Source: a virus
Lineage: Duplodnaviria; Caudoviricetes
IMG/VR virus record: IMGVR_UViG_3300020576_002947
Coordinates: 32,001 to 96,000 of that record
Strand: one strand, 5' to 3'
DNA length: 64,000 bases
The first letter of the stretch is position 1. Each line of letters opens with the position of its first letter. Of this stretch, positions 1 to 7,109 are shown piece after piece. The notes under the pieces were generated by a model, which saw only the letters and a list, made by a program, of their open reading frames with translations, was not told the origin of the DNA and did not search any database. A program made the translations under genes and the position numbers.

Positions 1-1
1 A

Positions 2-358
2 AGGTATATCTACGATGATAACGTACATGTTGATCAACCTGATCACGCTATCATGGAGATTCTTAAGACCTCTTCAATCCCTTTTATTATCGTATCAGGA
101 AGACAAGCTAGTCCTCTGTGTAAAGAAAATACATTGACCTGGCTAAAAACTCACTTACCTAAAGAGCCTCTTGCTATTTACATGAGAGCTTTTAAGGACC
201 AAAGGTCAGATGTTATTATCAAAAGAGAGATCTATGAAAAGCATCTTAAAGACAAGTACACTATCGTAGCTGTATTTGACGACAGGCCTTGTGTTTGTAG
301 AATGTGGGAAGAACAGGGAGTTAAAGTCCTTCGTTGTGGTCCTGGCTACGAATTTTAA
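2..358 (+). CDS. Polynucleotide kinase/phosphatase C-terminal HAD phosphatase domain (5'-partial, PseT-like)
   Basis: Frame open from window start; SGR motif, D.R.D.IIK.EIY and VAVFDDRP..C.MW match the T4 PseT-type phosphatase domain. Confidence 0.85.
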   Translation, partial: RYIYDDNVHVDQPDHAIMEILKTSSIPFIIVSGRQASPLCKENTLTWLKTHLPKEPLAIYMRAFKDQRSDVIIKREIYEKHLKDKYTIVAVFDDRPCVCRMWEEQGVKVLRCGPGYEF

Positions 359-373
359 AATAATATAAATATT

Positions 374-979
374 ATGAATAATTTAAATGATATTAAACAA
401 TCGTTAGATGCACCGCTTCTAACTACCGAAGTAAAGGTCAAGCCAGGCTCTAAAGGCGCTCGATACATTAGTGGAGAAACCGCTTTACGTGCAGCCAATA
501 GAGTCTTTGGTTTCGAGAACTGGTCTTACGAAATTACAGATCAAAAGATCTTTCCGAATGAATCAGATCTACTTAAGCCCATATTTATTTCTAGGGTAAA
601 ACTAACTGTAAACATCCCAAATCACGGCACAGTCGTACATGAGGATGTTGGAACAGGTATTGGTTCTACTTCATACGTAGGTCCTAATATAGACGTTGCC
701 GCTAAGGGCAGTGTAACTGATGCTATTAAGAGATGTCTTAGAGCTTTTGGTGATCAGTTTGGATTAGTTCTATATGATCCTCAGAGTGATAATCTGATCG
801 ATCCTGATACAGCAAAGACCAAGTTGCTAGAATTTCTATTGGAATTGGCTGGAGATAAAGCTGCTACAAAGACTATTTGGAGTAAGCTTCTTGAGATCTA
901 TGACCAAAAAGAACTTATTGAAATGTACTTATATGCTCCTCAAGAACTAAAGAGTATCGTTTCCTCATTTAATAATTAA
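374..979 (+). CDS. Rad52/Rad22-family single-strand annealing protein (Sak-like)
   Basis: YISG...ANRVFGFENWS, HEDVGTG, AAKGSVTDAIKRCLRAFGDQFGL.LY are Rad52 signature motifs. Confidence 0.92.
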   Translation: MNNLNDIKQSLDAPLLTTEVKVKPGSKGARYISGETALRAANRVFGFENWSYEITDQKIFPNESDLLKPIFISRVKLTVNIPNHGTVVHEDVGTGIGSTSYVGPNIDVAAKGSVTDAIKRCLRAFGDQFGLVLYDPQSDNLIDPDTAKTKLLEFLLELAGDKAATKTIWSKLLEIYDQKELIEMYLYAPQELKSIVSSFNN

Positions 980-985
980 CTCTGT

Positions 986-1028
986 ATAGGTAAGGCTTGT
1001 GTTAGGTACTCTAACATAACTTACCTAT
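986..1028 (+). promoter_or_regulatory. Long intergenic hairpin (terminator or RNA processing site)
   Basis: ATAGGTAAG/CTTACCTAT 9 bp + 2-nt bulge + TTGTGTTAG/CTAACATAA 9 bp (one G-U), 5-nt loop. Confidence 0.6.
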
Positions 1029-1077
1029 CAAGAAAAGGAGTTTCAGCTTATCGTAGCTGAGAATTTAACAAATTACT

Positions 1078-4026
1078 ATGGATGTAAATTCACGAATTTT
1101 ATCAGATCTTACAGTATATACTAAATATGCTAATTATATCCCTGAAAAGGATCGAAGGGAAACTTATGACGAAATTGTAACAAGAAATAAAGACTACTGG
1201 CTCTCAAAGTATCCAGATCTTAGTGCTGATATTGAAGAGGCTTATAAGCTAGTTTATGATAGAAAGGTGCTTCCAAGCATGAGGTCTATGCAGTTTGCAG
1301 GACCAGCTATGGACAAGTCACCTGTTAGAGTATTTAACTGTAGCTATTGTCCTATAGATGACTATAGGTCATTCTCTGAAATAATGTTCTTACTTCTCTC
1401 TGGAGTAGGCGTAGGCTTTTCTGTACAACAGCATCATGTTGAGAATTTGCCAAGTCTATCAAATCCAAAGATGTCACGCAAGTTTATTATTGCAGACTCA
1501 ATAGAAGGCTGGAGTGACGCTGTAAAAGCTTTGATGAAGGCTTATATGGTGCCAGGTAAAACTTTGCCTAGGTTTATCTACTCAGAGATTAGGCCAAAGG
1601 GTGCAAAGATCTCTTCGGGTGGATGGGCACCAGGCCCTGAACCTCTTCGACTTGCACTAGAGCATGTAAACTCTATTCTGAGAGCTGCTCTTACAGAGCG
1701 TGGCGATGGTACTAAACTAAAGCCTCTTGAAGCACACGACATTATTTGTATTCTGTCAAATGCTGTCTTAGCTGGTGGAGTGCGAAGAAGTGCCTTAATT
1801 AGCCTATTCTCACCACAGGATAATGAGATGCTTAACTCAAAGCATCGAGATGAGCTTGAAGGAAAGGAGTGGCGCTATCGAGCGAACAACTCAGCAGTTC
1901 TTCTTAGATCAGAAGTTACTGAAGATCAATTTAGGGATATCTGGGCAAGAACCGAAGCTTCTAATAGCGGAGAGCCTGGAATTATCTTTACAAATAATCT
2001 TGACTACGGTGTAAACCCATGCCTTCCTGGTGACGAAACAGTTCTTACATCAGAAGGTATAGTTTATATTAAAGACTTGGTTAGTAAGCCTTTTAATACT
2101 ATTATTAATAACCAAGAGTATACCTCTACAGCAGAAGGGTTTTTCTCTACAGGAACTCAACCTGTTTATGAAATTACTACGAAAGAAGGTTATAAACTTA
2201 GAGCTACTTCCAATCACCTAATTCGAACCTCTCAAAAATCAGGTAGAAAATCAAGAGAAGATAGTTGGGTAAAGTTAGGAGACCTAGGTTCAGGAACAAA
2301 AATTGTACTTAGTAACTCATCTAAAACTAATTGGGGTGGAAAGGGATCGTTTGATGATGGCTGGCTAATGGGTAGTCTTCTCGGAGATGGTACTTTCTAT
2401 AAGAATACTGCTTATCTATGCTACTGGACAGAACACGAGCATCAAGTAGGTATATCAAAAGCTAAATCTGTCCTTAAAACACGTTCGGATTTTGGACAAG
2501 GTTTAGGCTATAAAGGTAAACACCAAAACGGCTCAGTTGATTTATTAGAAAAAGCTATAGAATTCGGTATTCCAGCTTCTAAAACTTTAGATAATACTAA
2601 ATGTGAAATTGGTACATCATCTGAATTCTACAAAGGGTTCCTACAAGGGTGGTTTGATGCTGATGGTACTGTTATTGGAAATCAGCTAAAAGGAGTTTCT
2701 GTGCGCCTTGCATCTAGTATTAAATCCAATCTAGAGATTGCTCAAAGAATGCTTTTAAGACAAGGTATTGTTTCTACTCTTTATCCGCGAAAGAAAGCAG
2801 GGTTTTCTGTTTTACCTGACGGAAAAGGAGGGTCAAAACCCTACGCGACTAAAGCTATGTGGGAATTGGTAATTTCAGGAGAGAACTTAAGAACGTTTTC
2901 TGAGCGGATTGGATTTTCCCATAAAGACAAAGTTGCAAGACTTTCTCAACTTCTTGCAAATTACAAGAGAAATCTTAATCAAGAGGAATATTTAGCCACA
3001 GTAGGAAGTATTGAACTTATTGGCAACTTACCAGTGTATGATTGTACAATACCTGAGATTAGTGCTTTTGAAGCCTCAGGTGTTATAGTACATAATTGTT
3101 CAGAGATTTCGTTGAGACCTTATCAACTATGTAATCTAACAGAGGTTAATGTAAGTAGTCTGGATGACCAGAATGACTTAAATAACCGAGTATGGGCTGC
3201 AGCTTTGATCGGTACTTTACAAGCAAGTCTTACTGACTTTCATTATCTAAGACCAATCTGGCAAAAGACAGTAGAAGAGGATGCTCTTCTAGGTGTTAGT
3301 TTTACTGGTATTGGTAGTGAAGCAGTCTTATCATATGATATAGAAGAAGCAGCTCGAGTAGTTATTGATACTAACACAAGAGTTGCCAAAGCAATCGGTA
3401 TTAACCCCTCAGCAAGAATGACATGTGTCAAACCGAGTGGATCAACCTCAATTGTTATGGGTACTTCTTCAGGTATTCATGCTTGGTATGCTCCTTATTA
3501 TCTACGTCGCGTTAGAATGCGAATGGATGAACCTCTGTCTCAGTACCTGCTTAAGAACCACCCTGAGATTGTAGAAGAGAGCGTTGAAAAGCCAACTGAG
3601 GAAATCATTACAGTTGTTCCTATTAAGGCTCCTGAAGGATCTAAGTTCACACATGAGGACCTTCTTACTTCATATCTTCCAAGATTGAAGAGGATCACAG
3701 AAGACTGGATTTGGCCTACTCACAGGCGTGGCGATAACACTCATAATGTTTCAGCAACGATTCATGTTCCCCAAGGAGAATGGGAATCAGTAGTTGACTG
3801 GTTGTGGGAAAACAGAGATTTTTATCTTGGTGTAACTGCATATCCAGCCTATGATGCTGTGTACAAGCAGCCTCCATTTGAAGAGATTACTGAGGAAGAG
3901 TATAATAACCGAGTTAAGAACTTGAGAGAAGTAGACTTTTCTAAAATCATCGAAACGAAAGATCTTACAGCACTTGAAGAGCAGTCTGCGTGTGCTGGAG
4001 GAGCTTGCGAAATAACACATGTATAA
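1078..4026 (+). CDS. nrdJ: Class II (adenosylcobalamin-dependent) ribonucleotide reductase, intein-containing
   Basis: VLPSMRS, FNCSY, GVGVGFSV, GGVRRSALISL, GEPG, NP|CSEI after intein removal, LCNLTEV, TCVKPSGS, C-terminal CAGGAC. Confidence 0.95.
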   Translation: MDVNSRILSDLTVYTKYANYIPEKDRRETYDEIVTRNKDYWLSKYPDLSADIEEAYKLVYDRKVLPSMRSMQFAGPAMDKSPVRVFNCSYCPIDDYRSFSEIMFLLLSGVGVGFSVQQHHVENLPSLSNPKMSRKFIIADSIEGWSDAVKALMKAYMVPGKTLPRFIYSEIRPKGAKISSGGWAPGPEPLRLALEHVNSILRAALTERGDGTKLKPLEAHDIICILSNAVLAGGVRRSALISLFSPQDNEMLNSKHRDELEGKEWRYRANNSAVLLRSEVTEDQFRDIWARTEASNSGEPGIIFTNNLDYGVNPCLPGDETVLTSEGIVYIKDLVSKPFNTIINNQEYTSTAEGFFSTGTQPVYEITTKEGYKLRATSNHLIRTSQKSGRKSREDSWVKLGDLGSGTKIVLSNSSKTNWGGKGSFDDGWLMGSLLGDGTFYKNTAYLCYWTEHEHQVGISKAKSVLKTRSDFGQGLGYKGKHQNGSVDLLEKAIEFGIPASKTLDNTKCEIGTSSEFYKGFLQGWFDADGTVIGNQLKGVSVRLASSIKSNLEIAQRMLLRQGIVSTLYPRKKAGFSVLPDGKGGSKPYATKAMWELVISGENLRTFSERIGFSHKDKVARLSQLLANYKRNLNQEEYLATVGSIELIGNLPVYDCTIPEISAFEASGVIVHNCSEISLRPYQLCNLTEVNVSSLDDQNDLNNRVWAAALIGTLQASLTDFHYLRPIWQKTVEEDALLGVSFTGIGSEAVLSYDIEEAARVVIDTNTRVAKAIGINPSARMTCVKPSGSTSIVMGTSSGIHAWYAPYYLRRVRMRMDEPLSQYLLKNHPEIVEESVEKPTEEIITVVPIKAPEGSKFTHEDLLTSYLPRLKRITEDWIWPTHRRGDNTHNVSATIHVPQGEWESVVDWLWENRDFYLGVTAYPAYDAVYKQPPFEEITEEEYNNRVKNLREVDFSKIIETKDLTALEEQSACAGGACEITHV
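2020..3096 (+). mobile_element. Intein with LAGLIDADG homing endonuclease in NrdJ (359 aa)
   Basis: Starts CLPGDETV, block B ATSNHLI, LMGSLLGDG and FLQGWFDADG motifs, ends VYDCT...VIVHN followed by Cys. Confidence 0.95.
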
Positions 4027-4039
4027 ATAAAAAAATACT

Positions 4040-4089
4040 AGGGATAAGTAATAAGAGGTAGTCGAAAGCTAACTCTTATTACCTTCCCT
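4040..4089 (+). promoter_or_regulatory. Long hairpin with GAAA tetraloop downstream of nrdJ
   Basis: AGGGA/TCCCT outer stem, GTAATAAGAG/CTCTTATTAC 10 bp, TAG/CTA and C-GAAA-G cap. Confidence 0.6.
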
Positions 4090-4114
4090 GCGGACAGGAA
4101 AAAGAAAGACATCC

Positions 4115-4894
4115 ATGAAAAGTGGACTTGAAACTCTTAAAAATTTGCACAAGACTTGTGATGCTATTTCACATGTTCTCTTAACACCTGATCACGGACT
4201 CTGTGAACATATTTGGGTGAAAACAATTCCTTCATATCCACATGGTTTGAGACATTCTCAAGCTGATATCAAGGATCTTTTTGTTATGATTCAGCCAAAC
4301 ACTGCTGGTTACTCCATGATTGCGATGAGAGATAAGATCTCCCAGAAAGCTTTCGAAGGTGGAACCCATCTAGTTAGTTTGGACGATATTAATACCTTTA
4401 TTACTGAGCTGAAGGCAGCTGAAAAGATCAGCTATACCAAGGACGCTTACGCTATTACTACCTCTGAAGCTGCGAACAGACCAGACCTCTTTAACATCAT
4501 TGCCGGAATTTTTGAGCCTATAACCTTGTCAATAGGGCACGACAAGGATACAGTCTTTGAGATTGAAGTACTTGATGACGGTACTGAAAGGCATCTCAGA
4601 TTCTGTAAGAAGCCCTCTGTCAACATCGGCTCCATCTCAATCAATGGGAACGTAGAGCCCTGCACGCTCACTAAGAACGGCATTACCCTGACATCAGTCT
4701 GGGAGCAGTTCGTTCTTGCTACCAATCTGGAGCTTGACGAGATCAAGGAAATCATGACAAAGCAACAGACTTTGTTTGATACCACATACTCTTCAAAGTC
4801 ATGGTTCCAAGTGCCATCACTCATTCTCAAGGACAACCTTCTTTCTAAGAAGGACAACCTCATTCCGATCATTGGATTGAAGTCCGAAGAATAA
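4115..4894 (+). CDS. Hypothetical protein (first gene of Ubl locus; possible degenerate JAB/MPN-like domain)
   Basis: 259-aa ORF; HIWVKTIPSYPHGLRHSQADI loosely recalls JAB HxH..SxxD but lacks HxH. Confidence 0.55.
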   Translation: MKSGLETLKNLHKTCDAISHVLLTPDHGLCEHIWVKTIPSYPHGLRHSQADIKDLFVMIQPNTAGYSMIAMRDKISQKAFEGGTHLVSLDDINTFITELKAAEKISYTKDAYAITTSEAANRPDLFNIIAGIFEPITLSIGHDKDTVFEIEVLDDGTERHLRFCKKPSVNIGSISINGNVEPCTLTKNGITLTSVWEQFVLATNLELDEIKEIMTKQQTLFDTTYSSKSWFQVPSLILKDNLLSKKDNLIPIIGLKSEE

Positions 4895-4971
4895 AAATAG
4901 AATTGAAGGGTAAGGCCGTCCCTCAAGGACTTATAATCCCTTCTCTTGTTCGGTGAAAACCGGAGACGACT

Positions 4972-5364
4972 ATGCTAGTCAAGTACACTGTTACGGCCCA
5001 GAAGGGCACCGCACGTTCGACATTCAGTGGCGAAACTGAGGTTCAGGCTGCAGGCGACAACGCCGCTGCCCTGTCCGATGAGCTCGCTACTCTCATGAAT
5101 CTCAAGAAGAACTATCCTGGTTCTTGGACTCCTACCAATCAATCCCGCGCCAACGAGCTCATGAAGCTGATCCAGGCCGCCAACAACGGTGGTGGATCAA
5201 TCGAGGCTCAGGCCCGAGACGCCGTCATCAGCACCCTGGTCAACAACCATGGGTTCTCCACCAACGGATCGGCAGAAGCCTGGTACGTTAACCCTCAGCA
5301 CCTCTCCGTTTACAAGAGCGGCGACAGCGTGATGGTTACCGGCGCTGCTTCCTGGGGCCTTTAA
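4972..5364 (+). CDS. Putative ubiquitin-like (beta-grasp) protein with helical insertion
   Basis: Two N-terminal strand-like segments, helix, WYVN strand, C-terminus KSGDSVMVTGAASWG-L like ThiS/MoaD GD.V......GG; GGAG SD; adjacent to E2/E1 genes; strongly C-ending codons. Confidence 0.6.
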   Translation: MLVKYTVTAQKGTARSTFSGETEVQAAGDNAAALSDELATLMNLKKNYPGSWTPTNQSRANELMKLIQAANNGGGSIEAQARDAVISTLVNNHGFSTNGSAEAWYVNPQHLSVYKSGDSVMVTGAASWGL

Positions 5365-5382
5365 GGCTCTAACGACAAGTAT

Positions 5383-5420
5383 GCTGTCAGCCCTCAAAAG
5401 CTGACAGCTCGATTTTCTTT
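5383..5420 (+). terminator. Probable intrinsic terminator/attenuator after Ubl gene
   Basis: GCTGTCAGC/GCTGACAGC 9-bp stem, 8-nt loop, followed by TCGATTTTCTTT. Confidence 0.6.
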
Positions 5421-5444
5421 CCTGGACGACGAGTGGGATAAAAA

Positions 5445-5490
5445 GGGGGCAGACCATTGGGGTGGGTCTGCCCCCGCGACGAGTCACCCC
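5445..5490 (+). ncRNA. Candidate H-type pseudoknot cis-RNA element
   Basis: GGGGGCAGACC/GGTCTGCCCCC 11 bp; loop GGGGTG (5459-5464) complementary to downstream CACCCC (5485-5490). Confidence 0.5.
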
Positions 5491-5519
5491 TCTACTGACG
5501 CAATTGTCAGACAGCTACA

Positions 5520-6320
5520 ATGCTTCCTGAATTCTCCACAAGGCATAAAGCTATTCCTAGCGGTACTTGGGTTAACCATTACTGCGATTTATCAGATCCT
5601 TCCAAAGAAACCATCAAGTTGATGAAGACTGCGGAGGAATATTTCAATCAATCTATCAAAGATCTTTGGGGTCTCCCAGTTACAAAGTTTGGGTGTCGAG
5701 ACCTTGTCTATTTCTCTGACATTGGCACTGTTGACAGCATGGCTCACATGCTCAACATTAACAATGGTAATCAGGTTGAGATTATCCAGCAGCACCTTGA
5801 CATGACCAAGCCTTGGATTCTTCCTAAGCTTGAGAAGTTTTGGAAAGCTCGTGGTAAGACTGAGCTGGATTTCTTTAACAAGGTTCTCACTACGGGCCAG
5901 TATTCCTCATTTGGCGCACCCCGCCTTATGTGGGCTAATAGATCATTCTATGGCAGTGTTAAGATTGGTGGAAACAATCTTGATCTGTACTTTATGAATA
6001 AGGAAATGTTGCTAGATACCCTGACCTTTTTTAGGACAGACTGGGCAACTGAATTATTCCAAGAGCAGATTAAGCCTTTTGAATGGTTCTATACTGTTAA
6101 CAACGTTCAGTGCGAAAGGACTTGTATTGGCAATGATGGTAATAAGATTCAGAGTCTTCAATCTCCTGCGTCGAGACCTATTGATCTCCAGCTTTGGTTG
6201 GCATCATGGGGCACGAACATGCTGAAGGCTACCTTTAACCATAACAACACAAAAGTTGTCCAGTATAACAGTAATCAGGCTAAGGTCACTGAGGCCTTGC
6301 TTGCAGGACTGAAAAAGTGA
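5520..6320 (+). CDS. Putative prokaryotic E2-like conjugating enzyme (E2 family D / PRTRC-B-like)
   Basis: KPF...NNVQCERTCIGN resembles P..NV....C.G and W...ATFNH resembles the F..S.F[NT]H tail; stop overlaps ThiF start. Confidence 0.55.
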   Translation: MLPEFSTRHKAIPSGTWVNHYCDLSDPSKETIKLMKTAEEYFNQSIKDLWGLPVTKFGCRDLVYFSDIGTVDSMAHMLNINNGNQVEIIQQHLDMTKPWILPKLEKFWKARGKTELDFFNKVLTTGQYSSFGAPRLMWANRSFYGSVKIGGNNLDLYFMNKEMLLDTLTFFRTDWATELFQEQIKPFEWFYTVNNVQCERTCIGNDGNKIQSLQSPASRPIDLQLWLASWGTNMLKATFNHNNTKVVQYNSNQAKVTEALLAGLKK

Positions 6321-7102
6321 GACATGTTATTGTTGTCGGAGCCGGGGCGGTCGGCTCCGCCTTTATCCAAGAGCTTTCAAAGTTCTGTCTTTCAAACCAT
6401 ATCCATACTACAGCCCATCTTTATGATTTTGATGATATTGAAGAACGAAACTGTGCTGCACAGTGCTTCGATGCCAGAGAGATCGGAGGATTAAAAGCTG
6501 TTGTTTGTTCTGAGAAGTTCTCAAACGAATACCTTACTATTACCCCATACAAGGAGTATGTTGACGCTAAAGTTATCGAGTCCTGGAAAACTCTTGATTG
6601 GTATGACAATGATATAGTCATTGTCGATGGTGTTGATAATCTAAAAACAAGAAAGCTGCTTTGGATGGAAGGCTTTATGTGTGACTTCAAGGTCATGCAT
6701 CTTGCCCTATCTGCCGAAGGTTTTGGCCTTGTTAACTGGAACTTCGGCACAGACAATACCTATTGCTATGACTTTAGCATTATCGGTGAGGATGAAATCG
6801 AGAAGAGGGATGAAGCTGCAAAGAACGCTGAGAAGCTTCCTCCTTGTGAATTGAACAAGCATCGTCACATGATGTTTAGTGTTGGTTTATCAGGAACCCA
6901 CTCTCTTATGAACTACTGGGGTATTCCAGACGAATGTCTTATTACCAAGTTGCTGGAAGAGCATGGTGTAAGATTTATCCCTAAACTTCTTTTCTCTTTC
7001 AGAACAACAATGGATCGAATTGAACTACTTTTGGGAGAAGGTCAAGTTATCAATACTGAACCTACAGAGCCAAATGGCGAAGAAGCAGCAAAGGAGAATT
7101 AA
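6317..7102 (+). CDS. ThiF/MoeB/E1-like adenylyltransferase
   Basis: GAGAVG, DFDDIEERNCAAQ, GGLKA, DGVDNLKTR; candidate catalytic Cys in KLPPCEL; GTG start. Confidence 0.9.
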   Translation: MRHVIVVGAGAVGSAFIQELSKFCLSNHIHTTAHLYDFDDIEERNCAAQCFDAREIGGLKAVVCSEKFSNEYLTITPYKEYVDAKVIESWKTLDWYDNDIVIVDGVDNLKTRKLLWMEGFMCDFKVMHLALSAEGFGLVNWNFGTDNTYCYDFSIIGEDEIEKRDEAAKNAEKLPPCELNKHRHMMFSVGLSGTHSLMNYWGIPDECLITKLLEEHGVRFIPKLLFSFRTTMDRIELLLGEGQVINTEPTEPNGEEAAKEN

Positions 7103-7109
7103 GAAAGAG

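Noticed and set aside
4903-4937. TTGAAG...TATAAT sigma70 promoter upstream of Ubl
   Set aside because: Spacer is about 23 nt, too long for a canonical -35/-10 pair
5197-5487. 96-aa - strand ORF over the Ubl gene and RNA structures
   Set aside because: Antisense shadow of a GC-rich gene; no motif or supporting context
5437-5519. -1 frameshift at GAT AAA AAG into the E2 frame stimulated by the pseudoknot
   Set aside because: The E2 frame has TGA at 5496-5498 before the ATG, and there is no spacer between slip site and stem
6317-7102. ThiF as thiamine/molybdopterin biosynthesis or tRNA-modification gene
   Set aside because: No thiG/moaE/sulfurtransferase neighbours and no Zn-binding CxxC pairs; E2-like and Ubl-like neighbours fit conjugation better
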